A stretch of DNA of 64,000 nt, from positions 7,006,001 to 7,070,000 of the forward strand of contig CATNEN010000034.1 in the NCBI GenBank assembly GCA_950097015.1, in the 5' to 3' direction. This DNA is from Macrostomum hystrix. Taxonomy: Eukaryota > Animalia > Platyhelminthes. The notes beneath the pieces were generated by a model that did no database searches, was not told the origin of the DNA, and worked only from the letters and a program-made list of their open reading frames with translations. The position numbers and the translations under genes were made by a program. Each line of letters starts with the position of its first letter. The stretch's first letter is position 1. Below are positions 1 to 12,325 of the stretch, piece after piece.

Positions 1-504
1 GCATTTGTTAATCTCTGGAGAGAGCATTGCGAGTAAAGCTTACATAGGCAAAGGGACTGAATGCGCCAAGCCCTGAGCTTGAATACTTCTCAAACTGGTT
101 AACTGCAGGACCTTTTATTTCATGCTAGGCTGTGCGAAGCAGAAGCAATTGTGCTAGGCGTGTTTAAGATGCACATCAACCTGAATAAACTGGTGGCTGT
201 ATACTAGCATGAGAGCACGATATATGTATAGTAAAGGCTCTATTGTGCTACGAGCTTTAAATAGTGTCGAAGTCTTTGCCTAAGCTTTAGATGATGTAGA
301 TTTTGCTCTGCTTAAATTAACAGTTCACTGCTAGCAGAATTCGGCGAGTCTATACGTATAGAGGTGACGTATTAATACCAGGTATATACTATACTCGTAT
401 GCGAGTGCACTCAAAATTGTCTTCGAGACCCTTTTTTAGGTCTGTAATATAGAGACTTGAATTGGAGTGAAATCAACTATTATTAAGTAAAATTTGTTTA
501 AATT

Positions 505-600
505 TGGATTTTTCCACAGATATAAAATGGGTACCAGCATTAGCTGGGGTAAGAAGTTGAGTGGGCTGTATATCTGGCCCAACTGAGTCAGGTACCAATT
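505..600 (+). mobile_element. Fragment of CORE-type SINE (family A)
   Basis: aaaatgggtaccagcattagctgggg matches the body of the complete SINE at 11234-11541; head and tail are missing. Confidence 0.5.
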
Positions 601-3067
601 TCCTTTCCATCTATGTAGACATTCTGCTCTAGCCAGTAGTCAACTAGTGAAGAATTTATCCCTTTTGTTTATAACAGACACGCTTTTGTTTAAATAATAA
701 CTTGAGTGTCATTTGTTCAACGAAAAGAGTTCGAAAAGTTTTGTGCAGAAGCATGTACTGTGTATGTGTTGTTGCGTACTAAAAACTCAAGTTGCCTAAT
801 TCATAGACAAAATCGGAATATTGCTGGTGCAGTGGAACACCACCATGCATGTAGATGAATGCAATGCGTGTCGGAACGCGAAATTAATCTCATTTGCACT
901 GAAATTATTTCTCCTTACATTTCAGCATTTTACAATGGGACTGCATGATTATCTACAGTTTTGAAAATGATATAGTTTTAGAAAATTGATTAGAATTAAC
1001 GTAATAAGTTAACGTAATCGTTGTGTTTTTTACTATACTTTTTAATTATCGATCTGTCAATTTTCTTACGACTTTTGAACCAATCTATAAATTAACAAAA
1101 CAAATTTCAAAGTTGATCCGCAACATTTGCAGAGTAATTACTATAAACATAATTATTGCTATTAGAACCTGTCTTGCTGCTGCTCCTGCTTGACCGAGCT
1201 AGTATAGCAGTCATTTGTACAAGCTTCTTTAATTCTTTCACTCCAATTTTAATTGCCAAAAGTAAACACATAATAATACAGATTTTTAGATAAGTCTCGA
1301 AATTTTGCTGATTTCAGCAATAGAGCAATACGCGTCCTGCCTTTTGGCACGAGTTGACATTATTCCGGACTTAAACCGTACTTTAAAAGAACAAAGCATA
1401 CTTTTTCAATTCGAGGTTTTAGCACTGCAGTAGTAGCCATGTAAATGAAAGCGTTAATAATTAATAAAAATCAGATAAAATTTGGAACATATTTTAAATA
1501 TGACTTCTTCTGTTACTATGGTCAAGTACAAACAAAAACTCATTTTAAGATGCTGGATTGCTTAATTTTTAACTTTGGAAGAGCATTGAGGGTTCAATAC
1601 AGGCCACATATTAAACTCTTTGTACACGCTCATAATATGTTCTTTTCTCGCTTTCCTTTCCTTAAAAAACTTACATAATTTAAGAGTTTGGTGCCTTTTA
1701 GACTTCAGCCATTGTCATTGAAGAGCGATCTATTCTCTTTCATTTGATCTTGAACTAGTGAATGCAAACTATATTGAGTCTATATTTAACCCTAACTAAC
1801 GAATTTATTTGCAAGTAGTTATTATACTTTATAACTCAGAAGGAGAAATATACAGAAGAAATTTTACATCAGTCTATTTGCGATTATTTTAACTATTCTA
1901 ATCTTGATCATTGGCTTTGTCAAGTTGAAACATAAGCAACAATTTACTTTATTTATAATTATATTTAGAATATATTTGTTCTTTTATAGCTTTTATAGCT
2001 TCTAAATATAGCTAGGTCGACCTGCCGATTACTTGGAAGATTTATAATTAGATTTTGATACACGAAGAAAATTTTCACACTGAGCAAGCGAAGTCTATTT
2101 TAAAACGAAAAAGTTCAATCTGAATCGAATACGTCTCGTGAGACTTTGAGCAATATTACCATTTCATGGTTTGATAGCTTGTTTGCAAAAAATGTATACT
2201 AGCTTAGTTTTCTAGCTTAAATTTGTTTAAAACATGCAGAGCGCAGAATTTTATGGAAACTGAGTACATTAAAAATAAATTTTCTATAAACTGATCCTTT
2301 GCTCTTTGTTAAACCAAAAATTTTAATTGTATAATTATATGATAATGAGAAAAAATTATACTATGACATTAAACCATACTGGCATTCTATGCCAGGTTTA
2401 TTTACAAATGATCAATTTTATGAATGCCTTATATAATTTCTCTGTAAAAATTGTGTACCATGGCTAATCTTATATACTTATGTCACCAGAGTTGTTACAC
2501 AGTTCTAATGTTCTTCTTATAATTACTTTCAATTTTTACTGAATCAGAAGCGTCTCTAAGCAATATATGAACGAGCGGTCTGATTATACAAATATTCCAA
2601 GCGTCCCCAGGTTTAGAGTTTAGCAGCATTCTTTTAACATCTTCTTAAGTAATATTACTATAATTTACCTTCAATTATCACAGCAATTGTGGTGATCAAT
2701 TGTGGATCAATTACCTTCAATTATTGCTGAGGGTTGTCAATCTTATTTAACTCTCTTATTTAACCCTTAATTTACTTCTAACCGGCATCTTTTATTTCTT
2801 ACTTTCACCATTCTCCTCAAATAAATGAAATGAAATAAGTCTTAAACACTTGCTTCTTAATTTGTCAATGTCAAATAAAGCTATACAACCGGTATTTTCC
2901 AGAACTCAAGAGAATCATCCGACCTCGGAGAGGTCGACCGAAGCGGCTCGGCCCGCAGCCGTCAATCCCGGACGGCTCGGTCAGCAAAGCGACCTGCACT
3001 GCTCAGACGGCTAACCAGGCACTCCGAAGCAATTGGAGCACTTACAGAGTTCGACCCACTGGTGGCA

Positions 3068-6000
3068 TACTTAAATGTGATGAAGGGTCGACTGAATGAC
3101 CTGCCACCAATGAACAGTCGCGTTGTGCGCATCTTCCTTTCGTCGACCTTCTCTGACATGGGAACTGAGCGCAACTACCTCATGCAACACGTCAACCCGA
3201 AGTTGAAGAAGTTCTGTCGTGACTCTTTCGGACTGGAGTTCCAGACCATCGACATGCGATGGGGAGTCGGTGACGATGTGCAGCTCGACCACCAAGGTCC
3301 GTACATGTGCTACCAGGAGATTGACAACTCACTGATCATGTCGGCGGGACCCTACTTCATCTGCCTGCTAGGTCAGCGCTATGGAAACCAGCCACCGGCA
3401 GCCCTCGTTGAAGCTGATGTTTTCGAGAAGATCATCGAGGCACTGAAACAAGATGGGCGCGACGTCTCATGTCTGCACGAGTGGTACACGCTTGACGAGA
3501 ACAACCAGCCGCCAATCTACGTCTTGAAGCCCATTGCAACTCTCTCTGAGGCGGTGAGTGTGACGCTTAGGCCAAATGTGCAGATTCACTCATCTGATAT
3601 AATGCCGAATTTCACATTTCTTTCCAGGCAAACAAGGAGCTTCTGAAGGCGGCTCGACAGCGCTGGGCAGCTGCTCACGACAAAATCATCAGCCTGATGA
3701 AGAGAGGCGCTGAGTTGTGTCTTCAGAGGACTCTAATATCGCACACGACTATGAAGAAGTTCGTGGCGTCGGTCACTGAGATGGAGGTCATCAACGGAAT
3801 CCTGTCAAAGCCCCCACAAAAGCTAGCTCAGGCTCTTGCGTTTGTGAGAGAGTTTACTGACATTGAATCTCAGCGGGACTTCTCGCGCGGGAAACTCTTC
3901 AAATTCATCGACCTGACAGAATCCGTCAACGAGAAAGGTGAAGCTGTCAAGGTGCTCGATGAGGCAGTGAACATGATGGTCAAAGAATTAAACAAGCATG
4001 TTTTAGGACGCATGTCGAAATCGAATTCTTTCCGCTACTCCCTGAAGTGGACCAACAATTCAGAGGGTGTCGGCATGGAGACTCACAGAGACTATCTCGA
4101 GAAATTCAGCAGAGACTACTGCGAAAATGTGATGCGTCTCGTTGCTGAATCCGTGCGAGAGAGCATGCGCCTTCGAGCCGATGATCTTTACTCAGAGGTG
4201 TTACAGCACTCCACTGCATGCGTCAACTACGTGAAGAAGTTTCAAGGTCGGCAGGAGATCATCGACAAGGTGAAGGCTTACGTGCAAGCGAGCAACACCA
4301 CTGAGCCTCTGGTGGTGCATGGCGACTCTGGCAGTGGCAAGACCTCTCTTCTGGGCAAGGCCGCCAGTCTTGTGCGAAGCTGGCTGCCAGAGTCCGATGC
4401 ACCAGAAGCGATTGTGCTGCTGCGGTTCCTCGGCACCAGTCCTGGTACGTCGAGCATTCGACAGACTCTCAAGTACTTGTGCCGTCAGCTGGCCCTGTTT
4501 GGCAATGATGACGACAAGGAAAAGTGCGAGTCACTCGACGACTTCAAAGAGATCTTGAACACCTTCTACTCAATGCTGGATCGCATTGGCCAGTTCAGGC
4601 GAATCTTGGTGTTCCTTGACAGTGTGGATCAACTGGACAGCTCAGATGGTGCCTACCACCTGACGTGGGTGCGGACACCTCTTCCTGACAATGTGAAGAT
4701 GATTGTGTCCACTCTGCCAAACATGTTCGACCTGCTGAAGACATTTAAAGGGAAGCTTCCCAACCCGAACATCTACGTCGAGGTGACTCCGTTGGAGACG
4801 AGTCTGTGCACGAGCATTTTGTCAGCTCTGCTCAGCGAGCAAGGCCGCACGCTGAATCGACAACAATGGGCTCTGATTGAGCAGGCCTTCTCAAAGTGCT
4901 CGCTCCCAATCTACGTGCACCTGTTGTACCACGAGGTTCTGAGATGGCGCTCGTATCAGCAGGTGGACGAGTCCTGCTTGCGCTACACCGTTCGCCAGGC
5001 CATCTTTCAGTTGTTCGAGAACCTCGAGCTCAAGCACGGCAAATTGTTTGTAAGTGTATTTTTTTGTTTTCTTTTGTATTGGAAAACTTGGCAGTTGCTC
5101 AAAATCTAAATTGCTCTCGTTTTGCATCGCAGACCTCGCACGCTCTGGCATTCATCACTGCCTCGAGAAACGGACTGTCGGAATCGGAGTTGGAGGACTT
5201 GCTCAGTCTGGATGACACTGTGCTCATCGATGTGTTCCAGCATCACCTGCCGCCCTTCATCCGCATTCCACCGATCTGCTGGGCTCGACTGCGACACGAC
5301 ATTGGATCATATCTAGTGGAGAGGGAGGCAGACAATATCCGGGTGGTGTTCTGGTATCACCGACAGTTCATCGAGGTCGCTCAGGAGTACTTCTTGTCTG
5401 ATGAGAATACCAGGCGCGACATTCACTCAATCATGGCAGACTACTTCCTGGGACTGTGGAGTGGCCGCAAGAAGAAGTTTGTGTATCCAGCCTATCTAAG
5501 AAAGAAGCTTGTGAGTGGACAGCAGTCGAGTACTGCTTCGATGTGAAACGCTTTTATGTGTAGCTCTTGGTACTGACGTATGGCCGTGTTGAAATAATGT
5601 GAGCCCTTGATCCTGACGTGCAATTTCAGAATCTTCCCGAATACTCGATGGAGGACCGAGCTGTTCCGGAACAACCATTCGTGCTCCGCAAAGATGAAGA
5701 CGGCACCGCACAGTACAACTTGCGCAAACTGAACGAGCTGCCTTGGCATCTCATCAAGTCTGAGCGAGTGAACGAGTTCTACGACTACATCGTGTTCGAC
5801 TACGACTTCATGTTCAACAAGCTGAAGGGCACCTCGCGCTACCTGCTACTGAGGGACCTTGACCTTCCTCAGAAGCTCGGAGTTGAGTGCATCTCCGAGG
5901 CAGAGCTCGTGTACAATGCGATCAGGCTCTCTGCACAGAGCCTCGTGTACGACCCTTCAAACTTGAGCATCGATCTCATTGGCCGGCTCATCATGTACGA

Positions 6001-6721
6001 GAAGGACTGTCCCCGAGTGAAGCTGCTGCTCAACCAGTGCAGACAATCGAAGCAAGCGCTAAGCAACTGCTGCCTCATTCCCAAAGTCCAGTGCTTTGAC
6101 TCCGGCTCGGGAGTGCTCTACTCCAGCTTCGATCTGGGCCTGGGAATGGGACTTGTCATGCCCAATGGTCAGTTGGTGTCGTTCTCGCTCATCAGCAATG
6201 AGGTCACTTGGTACGACATTGAGGGAAACGAAATCAAGCGGTTCAGCTCCGATTACAACTTGTTCCTCAGTATGAAGTACATGTCGACTGGGTACATCCC
6301 AGACGACTGTGTGGTGCACGTGCTTTCCATGCGCTCAAAGAACGCCGGTGTCAATGAGGACGACATGCGTATGATTCTAATCGACATGGGGAAGAAGATG
6401 GTTATGGATGAGATCGAAGAATACGAGGCCTGCAACAAGGAGGTGTCTCAAGAGCTGCAAGGCATGATGGACGCTCTCAATGCCGGAGAGATTCCTGACA
6501 GCCTCATGGATAAATTGGGCGTCGACGACAATATGAAGAAGAAGCTGGCTGGCGAAGAAGGCCAGAAGTCGCACGATCTCGTTCGAGTCGACTTCATGAA
6601 CGGCCGAGTGACAAAGCTGATGTCGTTGGACCCATCTTGGGGTGTCACTTCGGATGATGTCGAATACGTGACAAAGGACTATGTGCTGTGCTGCAAGGGA
6701 AAAAGTGACTCGACAGGAACG
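3068..6721 (+). repeat. Inverted repeat block A, left arm (pairs with 26711-30354)
   Basis: Near-identical (about 99% by eye) to the reverse complement of 26711-30354, including three introns. The 10-nt length difference comes from indels in introns 2 and 3. Confidence 0.95.
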
Positions 6722-9700
6722 AGTGCTCTTAAACTTTTGTCACTCGAAGAGAAGAAGCTTGTAAGTATTTTAAAAGACGAAACAAGCGGGGTTTCAAGAA
6801 TCGGAACGCAGTGTCTAGATAGTCAGAGAAATCTATTGTGCTTCGGACTTGAGCACGTTAAAAACTTTACTATGCTTGTCTTCATGAACTTGGAAACCAA
6901 GGATATGTTAAGAAGCTCTATGAGTGACGCAATCAAATCTGCTGACAAAGCTGATCTTGAGACCAAGTGGCACTTTTCTCCGATTAGACAGAATGACAAG
7001 AAGAAAGACGCTGACACCTCTGCCGACTCAGAATCAGAGGTTAATGAGTCTGACGTCAGATCACTGGCAGTCGATATTCTCCTGAACGCAGATTCAATCA
7101 TCGTATCCGCTTGCCTCATCGATCATGATGGTAACGTCGTTTCTATTGTGACGGCAACAAGAGCTGCTTTGAACGGTGGCGAAGACCAGTCAAGATCATT
7201 CCTTATCACTTTTTCTACCGCTGACAACTTGAGGCCCGTATGCATCGTAGATTTAGGGGACTATATTGATGTGAAGTACAGCCAAAACTTTGTCAGTCCA
7301 AGTCGGCGTCGAATGACGTTTCTTATGAAGAGACGTTCGAGAACGTACGGCTACTCGGATTCACAAGTTCGTGGGCTTGTGTACAATTGCGACGAGAAGC
7401 GTGCCGTTGCACTGACCGTCTCGGATGATAAGGACAGGAAGTTCAAAAATGCAGTTTCGAACTTCGGAGACGGAACCCAGGCCAAGTTTACAGAAGACGA
7501 ACGTCTTTTGGTGACTTCTGGCGCTAAAGTTATGATTTTGGTTTGGTCAGTGCAAACAGGCGAGCTCATCGAAGGAATCGCGCTGGGAACAGCTGAAAGC
7601 TTCCTTTGCGGCCAACCGAAAGGAACCGACTTCTTCACAATATGCCACTTTCCTGACGAATCCGCAGGTGACACAGAAGAACGAATGTATATAATGACTA
7701 AGGTGTACAATTTGAAGCACTTCACAGACAAACTGAAGAGCAGCGAGGCGGAAGCATTGCTTCCGTTGTTTACGCAAACCAAACCGTGTCTCTGTGCATC
7801 TGGACTGGTGGACCAAAATGTGACTGAGATTCGCACAAAAGAGACTACTATCTCTTTGGACACCCGAGCACTACAGGCTACAGTCTACTCTAAGAAGGAT
7901 CAAAAAGTTTTAGAGAAACCAACCGAGAAAATCGTGCTGTCGGATCATCCTCGCATTGAATTGCGTCGTAAGCCAAACGACGCATTGGAAGTGGACATTG
8001 TAGTTCAAAGTACTAAGTTATTCGAAAAAGTATTTGAAGTCCGATCAAAGGATGATCTTAAAGACCTCCGCTCGAAGAAAATTCAAGGTCAAGAGTTCTA
8101 TCCGGTTAAGGAAAAAGAGCTCGACAATCAAGACGAGATGGAACTGGTCACCTTATTGTCCATTTCTAAGAGCGTCATTTTCACACAGTCTCCCATCTCG
8201 CAGGGCAGCAACCCATTCCAATTAGGATTTTTAGATGAACGCAGGAAAATTCTTATCGTGCTGAGGTGCTACACCCAGCACTCCATAAAATCTAGCACTG
8301 CTTCGTTCATCTCGTTGCCACTGATGGAAGGCACGTCTATTAATTTTTCGAAGATGGAAAGTCACATTTCCGTCGCGGCAGAACCCCACGACAGACTGTC
8401 AGCAAATTTTATTGAACTTTTCGGTGATATAATCTACGCAGGAAAAGAGGCAGTCGCAAAGAAAAAAGCTGAGAGGCTTCAAGAGTCAGCAGAAACGGAA
8501 GGTAAAGAAGATTCTTCAGGCACTCAAAAGAATGAGCCTGAAGAGTTGTCCGAGGAAGCAAAAAGAGAAAAGATCGGGAAGTTCTTGACTGAACGGCTGA
8601 CTAAGCGTAATGAACTCGTTGATCTCCAGTTCGTGCCTGAGAAGTGCACTCTTAACTTGGCATTCAGCCAGCAACTCAAGGCATCGGAGGAGATTCGGCT
8701 CGGTGTCGGAGTTCCTCCGATTTGGCTTGGCGCGGTGGTTCGCCTGGACTACAGCGACGTTGAGACTGGCACGCCGATCACCGAGCTGCAGATACAACAC
8801 TCTGTCGGAAAAGTTTTCGACATGGGTCCCGCAGTGGCCTTCCTCAACGACAACCAGCACCTCGTCAACTACAAGCTGCAGATTGTGGACTACATGAAAG
8901 GAGAAGTGATTCGCAGTCTCAGTCCGGGTGAGGATGTGTACTTTGTGCGCCTGCAGGTCACTCCCGACTGCAGCCTGCTGGTGGGCCAGGTGTACTTTCC
9001 CGCCTACGAAGTGGAGTTCGCAGTGTTTGACGATGACACTGCCAAAAACTCTGAGTTGTTCGCCGTGGTTCCACCTCGAGGCCTTCAGGTAAGAAAAAAT
9101 ATGCAAAATGATAATTTTTGCTGTTTGGTACCGTTTCAGTCATGCAGCCATGCAGCAATACATTCGAATGCACTGTTAAATATTTCTCATTGCAAATGCG
9201 TCCAGGTCTTTTGTGTATCTGACGGCCGTCGTGTCGCCAACTACCTGTTCGAGTCGGATCCGTTCGGCATGTGCCTAGTCGGAGACGGCGGACGCGACCT
9301 TCTGGTGCTCACGCACAACGCACCAATCATGTTATTCTCGCTGCACGATCCTCCGCCGCCCGAAGCTGTTGCCAATAATCAATCGTTGAAGGCGATTGAG
9401 GTCGCGAGGACCGAGGATATATCGATGGCAGCTGCTGGATCCCCGAAAAAGGCTCCTGGCCCTAGGCCTGAGTATCTGGAGATGCTGAGTGAGCTCCTGA
9501 ATAATAATAATAATTAATATTTGCACGGAGGACTGTGGGCCATGAAACTTCATTTGGTGACACTAGACCCGTAACCAGCGAGGATGCAATTCGGCCCATT
9601 TCGCTGACTTTTGAGCACACACGCAGATTCCGTACGCAGGCACACGCTCACACCGGTGTGTACATCTGCGAAAGGCAAACGCGTTAAACGCTCGGTCACT

Positions 9701-9959
9701 CACCCCCGCTCCTTGGCTTTTATGGTTTCCAGTATCAAAATTTAGAAGGCTTTTGCTTCGCGAATGAAGCCGTTTCGAATGACGCCGTTTTGGGACATTA
9801 TAGGGTTCTTTAAGTAATTGCTAATCTGATTCAAATATTCTAGGCCCAGTCCTGGCTAAAGCCATGGCCGAAGTGGCCAATGCGAGACCGTCGGACCCTA
9901 TAGGGTTCCTGGCCCAGTGTCTGCTGCGAATCCAGGCCGACTGCGACACAACACAGTGA
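3080..9959 (+). CDS. NWD1/NWD2-like NACHT (STAND) NTPase, copy 1, with C-terminal Dpy-30 motif; about 2040 aa from the first ATG
   Basis: Exons 3080-3553 (frame open back to an acceptor at 2902), 3628-5049, 5133-5510, 5630-9088, 9206-9488, 9844-9959; all introns are GT-AG and frame-consistent. Motifs: [25 protein letters not shown] (DUF4062-like), Walker A GDSGSGKT, Walker [48 protein letters not shown]. The true start could lie upstream. Confidence 0.9.
8618..9088 (+). repeat. Inverted repeat block B, left arm (pairs with 24426-24896)
   Basis: 471 bp with only scattered substitutions versus the reverse complement of 24426-24896; it ends exactly at the splice donor. Confidence 0.95.
9500..9708 (-). 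mobile_element. tRNA-derived SINE (family B), internally deleted, inside the last intron of NWD copy 1
   Basis: The reverse complement has the head gggggtgagtgaccgagcgtttaacgcgtttgcc and the tail ctagtgtcaccaaatga...ctccgtgcaa(att)n, matching 31780-32124. Confidence 0.8.
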
Positions 9960-11233
9960 CGTCACACTTTTATTGCCGATGCAACCGCGTGGCTTTTTGT
10001 TCTTTCTTTATAATCCTTGCCTGTGGTTTTTCTCATGGTATTTTTTGTCGTCAGCGTTTTTTGTTTTTACTTTTCTTTTGGCACAAAGACGACACAATGT
10101 ATCGTGACTCTTCAAGTCCTTTCTCTCTAACGCTTTACTTATTGATTCCTATTTATCTGGATTTTTAATGCACCATATTTACAATGTTGCTGGTGAGCAT
10201 GTAACTATATTCCTGCCATATCTGTGGAATGCCACAAACCAGGAATTCACTTGTAAAGTGGCAGGCTATACAAAATTACCCAGATTCTTGCTGACATTGT
10301 TCAACAACTTCTGTGAACTATTTTTTCAGACTTCTTAATAATGCTTTCTCAGGTCGAAAAGGCGCTTTCGTTAACTTAAAATTTAATCAGCTCTACCATT
10401 TTTCAAATTTCCTATTTCCTGTACTAAAATCTACTGGCAGGATAACTTTGTCGTTTAAGGAAGTTTCTTTAGGGCTCAGTGCTTTAGCGTCTGTTTTGGG
10501 TAGCCGATATGTTATTTAAATAGTTAAAAGTAGAAATTACAACATTATTTTCTCGCATTTCTGCACTGAGATTAGACTTCTATTTTAATTTTTCTTCTGT
10601 GTTTTTAAACAGCCGCTTTGCCCGTAGCCATGGTCCGTTTTCAAACCTCATGGTTTATGAACACAATTTAGATTTTATTCTATAAGATGCTTATCTTTTT
10701 CTCCTCTTCGTTTAATTGTCTTTTTTTGCAATTTAATCTTGGCACACCAACAAATTTTTAGCACTTACAAAGATAACCTGTTGTAGGATCTTGCAAACTA
10801 GAGTTTTGATTGCAAAGCAATGTTTTAAGCGCCAATAAATATTTTTATGCCTGTAAGAATCAAATGGTTAGCACGTCACAACTGAAGAATAAGACAAAAT
10901 TACGAGTATAAATGTAAGTATACGAAAATCTTATTTAGAATACCGTACTACTGACTCACTGACGCTTAAATAACTTTATGAGCCAATAGAATTTGGACGA
11001 GTGAAAACCACAGAACTTTAAAAAACCTACGAAAAGAGAAAAATCCCTAATCTATCCACCACCTGCACCTAAGTCTTGAATCCACCTGAATTGAGGCGTT
11101 AGATTAAGGCAGCGTCAACAAACCCAGTCGCCCGTTGGTTTATTAATTATCGCAAAATACTGCCGCATTCGTATTTTGCTACTGAACTATTAGAGTACGA
11201 TGAGAGTGGCTTATCTAGTTAGTTAAGTCTATG

Positions 11234-11541
11234 TGTAGCAGAGGTTGTAGCCTAGTGGTTAGGGCGTCGGACTCACGACTTGAAGGTCGGGGGTTCGATT
11301 CCTGACTCCACTGGAACAATTTGTGTCATTTAGCAAGACACTTAACTCTGCATTGCTTCAGTTCACCCAGCTGTTAAATGGGTACCAGCATCAGCTGGGA
11401 TAATTGAAGGTGGGTGTGGCGTCCCCCCAGTCCGTGGACTGAACAGCTGTACGCAGCCTTCAGATGCGCCGCGCATAAGCTGCGGCTGTGCTGTCGGCTG
11501 CACATCTGACCCAATTCGGGGCAGGTGTAATCAATTAAAAA
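11234..11541 (+). mobile_element. Full-length tRNA-derived CORE-type SINE (family A)
   Basis: A box (tagcctagtgg) and B box (ggttcgattcc); body tgtgtcatttagcaagacacttaac...cagctgttaaatggg resembles the MIR/CORE domain; 11-bp TSD ttaagtctatg at 11223-11233 and 11542-11552. Confidence 0.85.
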
Positions 11542-12325
11542 TTAAGTCTATGAATCATCAACCCAATTGTTGGGTGACAGTAAATTAGTTCGTCCAGACT
11601 ATGAGTCCAATGACCTTATAGTTTTGTTTCTAAATTCCATTGCAGAAAAGTAGAAAACTATTTTACCGAGTAAGATCCAGAGTATGTTTCAGCTGTTTAC
11701 AGTGCTAATCTTTCATCATAAAAAATACAAATATGAAACAACAAAATCACCTCTGTATTTTCACCAGGAATAATGATACTTGACACCTGATTTGCCTCTT
11801 AACAACACGTAAAATTATTGACGGCTTATGTTGCATTTTCATAATTACGCTTCATGCATTAGTACTTCTACGAATGTTCATGAATTATTGAATTTTTATC
11901 GCTCAGCATAATTTTATTTTATAACAGTTATTTAAGTTTTCTAATCCGAGTAAAATCACCAGTTTTTAGGTCCTATAGCATGTATAAAAAAGCTTTTTAA
12001 GCGAGATATCTTATAACTCCCCTCTTCTGTGAAAAAAAATTAATAAGAAGCACCGTGTCTTCCTCCGATAAAAAATTGAAGGCCAGATAAATTAGAAAAC
12101 AAACAATTGCAACAGAAAATTAAGCTGCTGCAGTTGATATCGAAAGCCTATTGTAGCTGACTGTTTTGGCCAAGTCTTATTAGTCCACATGCTCTGCAGT
12201 TGCTTAGTGAGTGCATTCAATAGCAAGTCAGGAAGTGAGGCAGCAACATTTCTGAGGCTTTAGGGACTGATTTAGAAAACTGAAATCTAAAAAAGTATTA
12301 TGCCACACCAGGCAATTAGTAGGCT

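Noticed and set aside
9089-9205. In-frame coding segment within the 1299-aa ORF
   Set aside because: It has GT-AG ends and AT-rich content, and copy 2 has an unrelated intron at the same position; it is an intron that happens to lack stops.
9489-9517. SINE (ATT)n tail supplying NNNNN-stop as the C-terminus of NWD copy 1
   Set aside because: A donor at 9489 splices in frame to the Dpy-30 exon, so the SINE is better explained as intronic.
11453-11509. Pseudoknot or HDV-like ribozyme in the SINE A tail (gcagcc/ggctgc with tcagatg/catctga)
   Set aside because: P3/L3 do not fit the HDV consensus, the 32152 copy has non-compensated changes, and the 23560 copy lacks the 3' strands.
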